The notes below the pieces were generated by a model, which made no database searches, was not told the DNA's origin, and was given only the letters and a program-made list of their open reading frames with translations. Shown here piece by piece: positions 25,640 to 33,876 of a DNA stretch of 33,876 bases. This DNA comes from a virus (lineage: Duplodnaviria; Heunggongvirae; Uroviricota; Caudoviricetes). The number at the start of each line of letters is the position of its first letter. The stretch's first letter is position 1. The translations under genes were made by a program, and so were the position numbers. The stretch is from the IMG/VR virus record IMGVR_UViG_2698536610_000003. One strand, written 5' to 3'.

Positions 25640-26830
25640 ATGAGTGACTATCATCACGGCGTGCAGGTGCTGGAGATTAACGACGGCACCCGCGTCATTT
25701 CCACCGTATCCACGGCCATTGTCGGCATGGTCTGCACGGCCAGCGATGCGGATGCGGAAACCTTCCCCCTCAATAAACCGGTGCTGATTACCAATGTGCA
25801 GAGTGCAATTGCAAAGGCCGGTAAAAAAGGCACGCTGGCGGCATCGTTGCAGGCCATCGCCGACCAGTCAAAACCGGTCACCGTTGTCGTGCGTGTGGAA
25901 GACGGCACCGGCGACGACGAGGAAGCGAAACTCGCGCAGACCGTTTCCAATATCATCGGCACCACTGACGAAAACGGTCAGTACACCGGACTGAAAGCCC
26001 TGCTGGCGGCGGAGTCGGTAACCGGTGTTAAACCGCGTATTCTCGGCGTGCCGGGGCTGGATACCAAAGAGGTGGCTGTTGCACTGGCATCAGTCTGTCA
26101 GAAGCTGCGCGCTTTCGGATATATCAGCGCATGGGGCTGTAAAACCATTTCCGAGGTGAAAGCCTACCGCCAGAATTTCAGCCAGCGTGAGCTGATGGTC
26201 ATCTGGCCGGATTTCCTCGCATGGGATACGGTCACCAGTACCACCGCCACCGCGTATGCCACCGCCCGTGCGCTGGGTCTGCGCGCTAAAATCGACCAGG
26301 AGCAGGGCTGGCATAAAACGCTGTCCAACGTCGGGGTGAACGGTGTTACCGGCATCAGCGCATCTGTATTCTGGGATTTGCAGGAGTCCGGCACCGATGC
26401 TGACCTGCTTAATGAGTCAGGCGTCACAACGCTGATTCGCCGCGACGGTTTCCGCTTCTGGGGTAACCGTACCTGCTCTGATGACCCGCTGTTCCTCTTT
26501 GAAAACTACACCCGCACCGCGCAGGTGCTGGCCGACACGATGGCTGAGGCGCACATGTGGGCGGTGGACAAGCCCATCACCGCAACGCTGATTCGCGACA
26601 TCGTTGACGGCATCAATGCCAAATTCCGTGAGCTGAAAACAAACGGCTATATCGTGGATGGCTCATGCTGGTTCAGCGAAGAATCCAACGATGCGGAAAC
26701 CCTCAAGGCCGGAAAACTGTATATCGACTACGACTATACACCGGTGCCTCCTCTCGAAAACCTGACCCTGCGCCAGCGTATTACCGATAAATACCTGGCA
26801 AATCTGGTCACCTCGGTTAACAGCAATTAA
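25640..26830 (+). CDS. FI: tail sheath protein FI
   Basis: 396 aa, same size and position as P2 FI. Confidence 0.93.
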   Translation: MSDYHHGVQVLEINDGTRVISTVSTAIVGMVCTASDADAETFPLNKPVLITNVQSAIAKAGKKGTLAASLQAIADQSKPVTVVVRVEDGTGDDEEAKLAQTVSNIIGTTDENGQYTGLKALLAAESVTGVKPRILGVPGLDTKEVAVALASVCQKLRAFGYISAWGCKTISEVKAYRQNFSQRELMVIWPDFLAWDTVTSTTATAYATARALGLRAKIDQEQGWHKTLSNVGVNGVTGISASVFWDLQESGTDADLLNESGVTTLIRRDGFRFWGNRTCSDDPLFLFENYTRTAQVLADTMAEAHMWAVDKPITATLIRDIVDGINAKFRELKTNGYIVDGSCWFSEESNDAETLKAGKLYIDYDYTPVPPLENLTLRQRITDKYLANLVTSVNSN

Positions 26831-26842
26831 GGAGCCTGACCG

Positions 26843-27361
26843 ATGGCAATGCCGCGCAAACTCAAGTTAATGAACGTCTTTCTGAACGGCTACAGCTATC
26901 AGGGCGTTGCAAAGTCCGTCACGCTGCCAAAACTGACCCGTAAGCTCGAAAACTATCGCGGTGCGGGGATGAACGGCAGCGCACCGGTAGACCTCGGCCT
27001 TGATGACGATGCGCTGTCAATGGAGTGGTCGCTCGGGGGCTTCCCGGATTCGGTTATCTGGGAGCTTTACGCCGCAACCGGCGTGGATGCCGTGCCGATT
27101 CGTTTTGCAGGCTCTTACCAGCGCGACGATACCGGCGAAACGGTGGCCGTCGAAGTGGTCATGCGTGGCCGTCAGAAAGAAATCGACACCGGTGAGGGTA
27201 AACAGGGAGAAGACACCGAGTCGAAAATCTCCGTGGTCTGCACCTATTTCCGGCTGACGATGGACGGTAAGGAGCTGGTCGAAATCGACACCATCAACAT
27301 GATTGAGAAGGTGAACGGCATCGACCGGCTGGAGCAACACCGCCGCAATATCGGCCTGTGA
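26843..27361 (+). CDS. FII: tail tube protein FII
   Basis: 172 aa, same size and position as P2 FII; AAGGAG RBS. Confidence 0.93.
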   Translation: MAMPRKLKLMNVFLNGYSYQGVAKSVTLPKLTRKLENYRGAGMNGSAPVDLGLDDDALSMEWSLGGFPDSVIWELYAATGVDAVPIRFAGSYQRDDTGETVAVEVVMRGRQKEIDTGEGKQGEDTESKISVVCTYFRLTMDGKELVEIDTINMIEKVNGIDRLEQHRRNIGL

Positions 27362-27368
27362 TTTTCAT

Positions 27369-27389
27369 CCGGTCAGCCAGGCTGACCGG
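27369..27389 (+). other. 21-bp perfect palindrome ccggtcagccaggctgaccgg between FII and E (8-bp stem hairpin, no U-tract)
   Basis: Inverted repeat read directly; lies in the 56-bp FII-E gap. Confidence 0.6.
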
Positions 27390-27417
27390 TTAACCCTGAT
27401 TCAGAAGTGAGAAAACC

Positions 27418-27693
27418 ATGAACAAAGAAAATGTCATTACCCTGGAAAATCCGGTCAATCGTGGTGAGCAGGTCATCGAACAGGTCACGCTGATGAAACC
27501 TAACGCCGGGACGCTGCGCGGTGTCAGTCTGGCAGCGGTCGCGAACTCCGAAGTCGATGCACTGATTAAGGTGCTGCCGCGCATGACGGCACCGATGCTG
27601 ACCGAGCAGGAAGTCGCCGCGCTGGAACTGCCTGACCTTGTGGCGCTGGCCGGTAAGGTGGTCGGTTTTTTGTCGCCGAACTCGGTGCAGTGA
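27418..27693 (+). CDS. E: tail assembly chaperone E
   Basis: 91 aa, same size and position as P2 E. Confidence 0.88.
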   Translation: MNKENVITLENPVNRGEQVIEQVTLMKPNAGTLRGVSLAAVANSEVDALIKVLPRMTAPMLTEQEVAALELPDLVALAGKVVGFLSPNSVQ

Positions 27694-27845
27694 CGTTTCC
27701 AAAAAATCTCTCGGTCGATGACCTGATGGCGGATGTGGCAGTGATATTTCACTGGCCGCCATCAGAACTGTATCCCATGAGCCTGACCGAACTCATCACA
27801 TGGCGCGAAAAGGCGCTCCGGCGAAGCGGAAACACGAATGAGTAA
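27418..27845 (+). CDS. E+E': tail assembly chaperone E+E' made by programmed -1 frameshift at T_TTT_TTG (27666..27672)
   Basis: Slippery heptamer in the E frame; the -1 frame is open from 27672 to TAA 27843..27845, giving 85 + 57 = 142 aa, the length I recall for P2 E+E'; overlaps the T start. Confidence 0.75.
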
Positions 27846-30285
27846 CAATGTAAAATTACAGGTATTGCTCAGGGCTGTTGACCAGGCATCCCGCCCGTTT
27901 AAATCCATCCGCACAGCGAGTAAGTCGCTGTCGGGGGATATCCGGGAAACACAAAAATCACTGCGCGAGCTGAACGGTCACGCATCCCGTATTGAGGGAT
28001 TTCGCAAGACCAGCGCACAGCTTGCCGTGACTGGTCATGCACTTGAAAAGGCTCGGCAGGAGGCCGAAGCCCTTGCCACACAGTTTAAAAACACTGAACG
28101 TCCGACCCGTGCTCAGGCGAAAGTGCTGGAATCCGCAAAGTGTGCGGCGGAGGACTTACAGGCGAAATATAACCGCCTGACAGATTCCATTAAACGCCAG
28201 CAGCGGGAACTGGCCGCTGTGGGAATTAATACCCGCAATCTTGCACATGATGAGCAGGGACTGAAAAACCGTATCAGTGAAACCACCGCACAGCTTAACC
28301 GTCAGCGTGACGCACTGGCGCGTGTCAGTGCACAACAGGCAAAACTTAACGCAGTAAAACAGCGTTATCAGGCAGGCAAGGAACTGGCCGGAAATATGGC
28401 CTCGGTGGGCGCTGCCGGTGTGGGGATTGCGGCGGTGGGAACGATGGCCGGAGTTAAGCTGCTGATGCCCGGTTATGAGTTTGCGCAGAAAAACTCAGAA
28501 TTGCAGGCCGTGCTCGGTGTGGCAAAAGATTCCGCCGAAATGGCCGCGCTACGCAAACAGGCGCGCCAGCTCGGCGACAATACCGCCGCCTCGGCGGATG
28601 ATGCGGCCGGTGCACAGATAATCATCGCGAAAGCGGGTGGGGATGTTGATGCCATTCAGGCGGCAACGCCGGTCACGCTGAATATGGCGCTGGCGAACCG
28701 CCGCACGATGGAAGAAAACGCCGCCCTGCTGATGGGGATGAAATCCGCCTTTCAGCTTTCAAACGATAAGGTCGCTCATATCGGGGATGTTCTCTCCATG
28801 ACGATGAACAAAACCGCCGCCGATTTTGACGGCATGAGCGATGCGCTGACCTATGCCGCACCTGTGGCAAAAAATGCCGGTGTCAGCATTGAAGAAACCG
28901 CCGCAATGGTCGGGGCGCTGCATGATGCAAAAATCACAGGCTCAATGGCGGGGACGGGAAGCCGTGCCGTGTTAAGTCGCCTGCAGGCACCGACGGGAAA
29001 AGCATGGGATGCACTGAAAGAGCTTGGCGTGAAAACCTCAGACAGTAAGGGAAACACCCGACCAGTATTTACCATTCTGAAAGAAATGCAGGCCAGTTTT
29101 GAGAAAAACCGGCTCGGTACTGCCCAGCAGGCTGAATACATGAAAACCATTTTCGGGGAGGAGGCCAGCTCAGCCGCCGCCGTGCTGATGACTGCCGCCT
29201 CAACCGGAAAGCTGGACAAACTGACCGCTGCGTTTAAAGCCTCAGACGGGAAGACCGCCGAGCTGGTAAATATCATGCAGGACAACCTCGGCGGTGACTT
29301 TAAGGAGTTTCAGTCCGCTTATGAGGCGGTGGGGACTGACCTGTTTGACCAGCAAGAAGGCACACTGCGTAAGCTCACGCAGACGGTCACAAAGTATGTG
29401 TTAAAACTCGACGGCTGGATACAGAAAAACAAATCACTGGCGTCAACCATTGGCCTCATTGCCGGTGGCGCACTGGCGCTGACTGGTGTCATCGGTGCCA
29501 TTGGTCTTGTAGCCTGGCCGGTTATCACCGGCATCAATGCCATTATCGCGGCAGCAGGCGCAATGGGGGCAATCTTCACGACGGTTGGCAGTGCTGTTAT
29601 GACGGCCATCGGGGCGATTAGCTGGCCGGTTGTGGCCGTGGTGGCCGCCATTGTCGCCGGGGCGTTGCTTATCCGTAAATATTGGGAGCCTGTCAGCGCA
29701 TTCTTTGGCGGTGTGGTGGAAGGGCTGAAAGCGGCATTTGCGCCGGTGGGGGAACTGTTCACGCCACTTAAGCCGGTGTTTGACTGGCTGGGCGAAAAGT
29801 TACAGGCCGCGTGGCAGTGGTTTAAAAACCTGATTGCCCCGGTCAAAGCCACCCGGGACACCCTGAACCGTTGCCGTGACACGGGCGTCATGTTCGGGCA
29901 GGCACTGGCTGACGCGCTGATGCTGCCGCTTAATGCGTTCAACAAACTGCGCAGCGGTATTGACTGGGTACTGGAAAAACTCGGTGTTATCAACAAAGAG
30001 TCAGACACACTTGACCAGACCGCCGCAAGGACTCATGCCGCCACGTATGGCACCGGTGGGTATATTCCGGCGACCAGCTCTTATGTAGGCTATCAGGCTT
30101 ATCAGCCGGTCACGGCACCGGCTGGCCGCTCTTATGTGGACCAGAGTAAAAACGAATATCACATCAACCTGACGGGCGGTACTGCGCCGGGGACACAGCT
30201 TGACCGCCAGTTACAGGATGCGCTCGAAAAATACGAGCGGGATAAACGTGCGCGCGCCCGTGCCAGCATGATGCATGACGGTTAA
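27838..30285 (+). CDS. T: tail tape measure protein T
   Basis: 815 aa, helical N-terminal half and Gly/Ala-rich hydrophobic segment; same size as P2 T. Confidence 0.93.
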   Translation: MSNNVKLQVLLRAVDQASRPFKSIRTASKSLSGDIRETQKSLRELNGHASRIEGFRKTSAQLAVTGHALEKARQEAEALATQFKNTERPTRAQAKVLESAKCAAEDLQAKYNRLTDSIKRQQRELAAVGINTRNLAHDEQGLKNRISETTAQLNRQRDALARVSAQQAKLNAVKQRYQAGKELAGNMASVGAAGVGIAAVGTMAGVKLLMPGYEFAQKNSELQAVLGVAKDSAEMAALRKQARQLGDNTAASADDAAGAQIIIAKAGGDVDAIQAATPVTLNMALANRRTMEENAALLMGMKSAFQLSNDKVAHIGDVLSMTMNKTAADFDGMSDALTYAAPVAKNAGVSIEETAAMVGALHDAKITGSMAGTGSRAVLSRLQAPTGKAWDALKELGVKTSDSKGNTRPVFTILKEMQASFEKNRLGTAQQAEYMKTIFGEEASSAAAVLMTAASTGKLDKLTAAFKASDGKTAELVNIMQDNLGGDFKEFQSAYEAVGTDLFDQQEGTLRKLTQTVTKYVLKLDGWIQKNKSLASTIGLIAGGALALTGVIGAIGLVAWPVITGINAIIAAAGAMGAIFTTVGSAVMTAIGAISWPVVAVVAAIVAGALLIRKYWEPVSAFFGGVVEGLKAAFAPVGELFTPLKPVFDWLGEKLQAAWQWFKNLIAPVKATRDTLNRCRDTGVMFGQALADALMLPLNAFNKLRSGIDWVLEKLGVINKESDTLDQTAARTHAATYGTGGYIPATSSYVGYQAYQPVTAPAGRSYVDQSKNEYHINLTGGTAPGTQLDRQLQDALEKYERDKRARARASMMHDG

Positions 30286-30299
30286 GGAGGTGACGAAAA

Positions 30300-30779
30300 A
30301 TGATGCTCGCGTTAGGTATGTTTGTTTTTATGCGCCAGACGCTGCCACACCAGACCATGCAGCGTGAATCAGATTATCGCTGGCCGTCAAATTCCCGTAT
30401 AGGTAAACGGGATGCCTACCAGTTTCTCGGTGTGGGTGAGGAAAACATCACGCTTGCCGGTGTGCTTTATCCCGAACTGACCGGCGGCAAGCTGACGATG
30501 ACCACGCTCAGGCTGATGGCCGAGGGAGGCCGGGCGTGGCCGTTGCTGGATGGCACCGGCATGATTTACGGCATGTATGTCATCAGCAGGGTGAGTGAAA
30601 CAGGGAGTATTTTCTTTGCAGACGGCACACCCCGGAAAATTGATTTTACGCTGTCGCTCACCCGCGTTGATGAATCACTGGCCGCGCTTTATGGCGATAT
30701 CGGTAAACAGGCGGAATCGCTCATCGGTAAGGCTGGCAGTATGGCGACTAAATTCACGGGTATGACGGGGGCGGGATAA
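30300..30779 (+). CDS. U: tail protein U
   Basis: 159 aa, same size and position as P2 U. Confidence 0.9.
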   Translation: MMLALGMFVFMRQTLPHQTMQRESDYRWPSNSRIGKRDAYQFLGVGEENITLAGVLYPELTGGKLTMTTLRLMAEGGRAWPLLDGTGMIYGMYVISRVSETGSIFFADGTPRKIDFTLSLTRVDESLAALYGDIGKQAESLIGKAGSMATKFTGMTGAG

Positions 30780-31942
30780 TGCTGGATGCACTGACATTTG
30801 ATGCAGGCAGTACGCTGACGCCGGATTACATGCTGATGCTCGACAGCAGGGATATTACCGGCAATATCAGCGACCGTCTGATGAGCATGACCCTGACGGA
30901 TAACCGGGGCTTTGAGGCTGACCAGCTTGATATTGAACTGGACGATGCCGACGGGCAGGTCGGGCTGCCGGTTCGTGGCGCTGTCCTGACGGTGTATATC
31001 GGCTGGAAAGGTTTTGCCCTGGTATGCAAAGGGAAATTTACCGTTGATGAGGTTGAACACCGGGGCGCACCGGATGTGGTCACCATCCGCGCCCGGAGTG
31101 CAGATTTTCGCGGGACGCTCAATTCCCGCCGGGAAGGATCATGGCATGACACCACGCTCGGTGCGATTGTTGAGGCGATAGCCTCCCGTAACAGGCTGGA
31201 AGCCAGTGTCGCTCCGTCACTGGCCAGAATTAAAATTCCGCACATCGACCAGTCGCAGGAGTCTGATGCAAAATTCCTGACCCGCCTTGCAGAACGCAAC
31301 GGCGGTGAGGTGTCGGTAAAAATGGGAAAACTGTTGTTTCTCAAAGCGGGGCAGGGGGTGACGGCCAGCGGTAAAAAAATCCCGCAGATTACCATCACCC
31401 GCAGTGACGGCGACCGCCATCATTTTGCGATTGCTGACCGTGGAGCCTATACCGGCGTAACGGCAAAGTGGCTTCACACCAAAGACCCGAAGCCGCAAAA
31501 GCAGAAGGTAAAACTGAAACGCAAAAAGAAAGAGAAACACCTGCGCGCACTGGAGCACCCGAAAGCGAAACCGGTCACGCAGAAGAAAGCGCCAAAAGTA
31601 CCGGAAGCGCGCGAAGGTGAATACATGGCCGGTGAGGCTGACAACGTTTTTGCCCTGACCACGGTATATGCCACGAAAGCGCAGGCCATGCGCGCCGCTC
31701 AGGCGAAGTGGGATAAGCTGCAACGGGGCGTGGCGGAGTTCTCCATCAGCCTGGCTACCGGTCGGGCAGATATTTACACGGAAACGCCAGCCAGAGTGTC
31801 TGGCTTTAAGCGCGTCATAGACGAGCAGGACTGGACAATCACTAAGGTGACACATTTTCTGAATAATAGCGGCTTCACGACGTCCTTGGAGCTTGAGGTC
31901 AGGCTTTCTGATGTGGAGTACGAAACAGAAGGTAATGAGTGA
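30779..31942 (+). CDS. D: tail protein D
   Basis: 387 aa, start overlaps U stop; same size and position as P2 D. Confidence 0.9.
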   Translation: MLDALTFDAGSTLTPDYMLMLDSRDITGNISDRLMSMTLTDNRGFEADQLDIELDDADGQVGLPVRGAVLTVYIGWKGFALVCKGKFTVDEVEHRGAPDVVTIRARSADFRGTLNSRREGSWHDTTLGAIVEAIASRNRLEASVAPSLARIKIPHIDQSQESDAKFLTRLAERNGGEVSVKMGKLLFLKAGQGVTASGKKIPQITITRSDGDRHHFAIADRGAYTGVTAKWLHTKDPKPQKQKVKLKRKKKEKHLRALEHPKAKPVTQKKAPKVPEAREGEYMAGEADNVFALTTVYATKAQAMRAAQAKWDKLQRGVAEFSISLATGRADIYTETPARVSGFKRVIDEQDWTITKVTHFLNNSGFTTSLELEVRLSDVEYETEGNE

Positions 31943-32023
31943 TGTGTTTTATTTATCTGTTTGTTTTATAAGGATAAATTAACTAAAATGGCACCATCAA
32001 CAAAACCGGAAGAGGTGCTCGCG

Positions 32024-32242
32024 ATGTTTCATTGTCCTTTATGCCAGCATGCCGCACATGCGCGTACAAGCCGCTATATCACTGACACGACAAAAGAGCG
32101 TTATCACCAGTGTCAGAACGTGAATTGCAGCGCCACGTTCATCACTTATGAGTCGGTACAGCGATACATCGTAAAGCCGGGAGAAGTCCACGCCGTAAGG
32201 CCGCACCCGTTACCGTCAGGGCAGCAAATTATGTGGATGTAA
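32024..32242 (+). CDS. ogr: late transcription activator Ogr (zinc finger)
   Basis: 72 aa from ATG 32024 (track start 31961 is upstream in frame); CPLCQ...CQNVNC zinc-binding motif; last gene before attR. Confidence 0.9.
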   Translation: MFHCPLCQHAAHARTSRYITDTTKERYHQCQNVNCSATFITYESVQRYIVKPGEVHAVRPHPLPSGQQIMWM

Positions 32243-32253
32243 TTACAAACAGA

Positions 32254-32279
32254 AAGCCCCTCAGTCGAGGGGCTTTTTT
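32254..32279 (+). terminator. rho-independent terminator after ogr (AAGCCCCTC-agtc-GAGGGGCTT followed by TTTTTT)
   Basis: Perfect 9-bp stem, 4-nt loop and T6 tract read directly, 12 nt after the ogr stop. Confidence 0.8.
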
Positions 32280-32280
32280 G

Positions 32281-32308
32281 TCGATGTGGTCAATGTGTGG
32301 ACGTGACC
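32281..32308. repeat. phage P-arm element tcgatgtggtcaatg...gacgtgaccag (candidate Int arm-type site), near-copy at 430..458
   Basis: Direct comparison with left flank; lies in the att P arm between the ogr terminator and the core. Confidence 0.5.
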
Positions 32309-32343
32309 AGAAATAAATCCTTTTATTTCATTGAATTACGCGT

Positions 32344-32370
32344 AAAAAATAAGCCCGTGTAAGGGAGATT
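32344..32370. repeat. attR: attR core (aaaaaataagcccgtgtaagggagatt), identical to 477..503
   Basis: Exact direct repeat of the left core; coincides with the 3' end of cyaR. Confidence 0.9.
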
Positions 32371-32430
32371 ACACAGGCTAAGGAGGTGGTTCCTGGTACA
32401 GCTAGCATTTTATGGGTTATGTTTTTCAGC
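32344..32430 (-). ncRNA. cyaR: CyaR (RyeE) small regulatory RNA, 87 nt
   Basis: Minus-strand sequence GCUGAAAAACAUAACCCAUAAAAUGCUAGCUGUACCAGGAACCACCUCCUUAGCCUGUGUAAUCUCCCUUACACGGGCUUAUUUUUU matches CyaR as I recall it, including the CACCUCCUUA seed region; located next to yegQ as in E. coli. Confidence 0.88.
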
Positions 32431-32437
32431 GAAACGG

Positions 32438-32480
32438 ATGATAACCTTAATAAATGCAGCTGTATGTGATCGGTTTCTAA
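32438..32480 (-). promoter_or_regulatory. cyaR promoter: -10 TATCAT (plus 32438..32443) and CRP-like site TGTGA-N6-TCTAA (32465..32480) centred near -42
   Basis: -10 hexamer 7 nt upstream of the inferred CyaR 5' end; CRP half-site consensus TGTGA with partial second half; CyaR is known to be CRP-cAMP activated (class II geometry). Confidence 0.6.
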
Positions 32481-32514
32481 GAATTTTCCATCCGGGAAAA
32501 ATAATCGAAATTAA

Positions 32515-33876
32515 TCACTTACCGTGGGGATTACGCGTGGTTTCCCCGGAGAAATTACGCATCAGCAGCGCGTAATTGAGCTCAAGATCCTGCGGGACCG
32601 GGAGCCACACAGTATAACCATCGCCTGGTGCTATCGGCATAGCTTCGCCTTTGGCGTTTTCCATGTGCTCAAGGGTAAAATTAATGTTGCCTTGCGGCGT
32701 CATCAGCTCAAGGCTGTCGCCAACGGAGAATTTATTTTTCACCGCTACCGCCGCGAGGTCCCCCTTGCGCTCACCGGTAAACTCACCAACAAACTGCTGG
32801 CGGTCAGAAACTGAATAACCGTATTCGTAGTTCTGATAATCGTCGTGAGTATGACGACGCAGGAAACCTTCGGTATAGCCACGATGCGCCAGACCTTCCA
32901 GAGTTTCCAGCAGGCTGGTATCGAACGGTTTTCCCGCAGCGGCGTCATCGATAGCTTTGCGGTAAACCTGTGCGGTGCGTGCACAATAGTAGAAAGATTT
33001 GGTACGACCTTCGATTTTCAGCGAATGCACGCCCATTTTGGTCAGGCGTTCTACATGGGCGATGGCGCGCAGATCTTTCGAGTTCATGATGTAAGTGCCG
33101 TGCTCATCTTCAAACGCGGTCATATACTCGCCCGGACGCTGGGCCTCTTCGATCATAAACACTTTGTCGGTTGGTGCGCCGATACCCAGCGTCGGCTCAA
33201 CATTTTGCACCGGAATCGGCTCGTACTTGTGTACGATGTTGCCAACATCATCTTCTTTCCCTTCCTGGACGTTGTACTCCCAGCGGCAGGCGTTGGTGCA
33301 GGTGCCCTGGTTCGGGTCGCGCTTGTTGATATAGCCAGAGAGCAGGCAGCGACCGGAGTAGGCCATGCACAGCGCGCCGTGAACGAAGATCTCGATCTCC
33401 ATATCCGGCACCTGATTGCGGATCTCTTCAATCTCTTCCAGCGACAGCTCGCGAGAGAGGATCACGCGGGTCAGGCCCATTTGCTGCCAGAATTTCACCG
33501 TCGCCCAGTTCACGGCGTTAGCCTGCACCGAAAGGTGGATCGGCATTTCAGGGAAGTGCTCACGCACCAGCATAATCAGCCCTGGATCGGACATAATCAG
33601 CGCATCCGGCCCCATTTCCACCACCGGTTTCAGGTCACGGATAAAGGTTTTCAGCTTGGCGTTGTGCGGTGCAATGTTGACCACGACATAAAACTTTTTC
33701 CCCAGCGCGTGGGCTTCATTGATGCCGAGCTGAAGATTTTCGTGGTTGAATTCGTTGTTGCGCACACGCAGGGAATAACGCGGCTGGCCCGCATAAACAG
33801 CATCTGCGCCATAAGCGAAAGCGTAACGCATATTTTTCAGCGTTCCCGCCGGGGAAAGGAGTTCCGGTTTAAACAT
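32515..33876 (-). CDS. yegQ: peptidase U32-family protein YegQ (host flank)
   Basis: 453-aa complete ORF (start ATG at the window edge), sequence I recognise as E. coli YegQ; convergent with ogr. Confidence 0.9.
   Translation of the reverse strand: MFKPELLSPAGTLKNMRYAFAYGADAVYAGQPRYSLRVRNNEFNHENLQLGINEAHALGKKFYVVVNIAPHNAKLKTFIRDLKPVVEMGPDALIMSDPGLIMLVREHFPEMPIHLSVQANAVNWATVKFWQQMGLTRVILSRELSLEEIEEIRNQVPDMEIEIFVHGALCMAYSGRCLLSGYINKRDPNQGTCTNACRWEYNVQEGKEDDVGNIVHKYEPIPVQNVEPTLGIGAPTDKVFMIEEAQRPGEYMTAFEDEHGTYIMNSKDLRAIAHVERLTKMGVHSLKIEGRTKSFYYCARTAQVYRKAIDDAAAGKPFDTSLLETLEGLAHRGYTEGFLRRHTHDDYQNYEYGYSVSDRQQFVGEFTGERKGDLAAVAVKNKFSVGDSLELMTPQGNINFTLEHMENAKGEAMPIAPGDGYTVWLPVPQDLELNYALLMRNFSGETTRNPHGK

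Larger units (their letters stand above)
477..32370. mobile_element. P2-like (Peduovirus-type) prophage integrated at cyaR 3' end
   Basis: Complete P2 gene order int-C-cox-B-A / cos / Q-P / O..S / V..G / FI..D / ogr bounded by att core direct repeats; protein sizes match P2 (Int 337, C 99, Cox 91, Q 344, N 357, M 247, T 815, D 387 aa). Confidence 0.93.

Noticed and set aside
28473-31855. Long antisense ORFs within T, U and D (for example 28851..29285, 29319..30008, 30826..31398, 31217..31855)
   Set aside because: Antisense to highly conserved tail genes; low-complexity translations (Ala/Ser/Pro/Arg-rich) typical of GC-rich non-coding frames.

Overview
The window is an essentially complete P2-like temperate prophage (about 477..32370) integrated into the 3' end of the host sRNA gene cyaR, flanked by a yegR-like lipoprotein gene (left) and yegQ (right). 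It has 27-28 bp att core direct repeats at both ends, the early region int-C-cox-B-A with recognisable Pe/Pc switch architecture, a cos site, and the full late gene set in P2 order (Q P / O N M L X Y K lysA lysB lysC R S / V W J I H G / FI FII E E+E' T U D / ogr). Gene names are assigned from my recollection of P2 protein sequences, sizes and gene order; no search was run. The two positions where P2 carries accessory genes both hold AT-rich, non-P2 cargo. (1) Between A and cos, where P2 has tin/old, there is a minus-strand two-gene operon: a DprA-like Rossmann protein translationally coupled to a PRTase-domain (ComF-like) protein. (2) Between G and FI, where P2 has Z/fun, there is a single plus-strand gene encoding an N-terminal HNH nuclease fused to a compact ABC-type ATPase, with its own promoter and terminator. 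Both are strong candidates for prophage-encoded anti-phage systems. Other notable points are a 4 x 132 bp in-frame tandem repeat in tail fibre gene H with a non-P2 distal domain, the E/E' -1 frameshift site, and a P-arm-like remnant outside attL suggesting earlier occupancy of the site.
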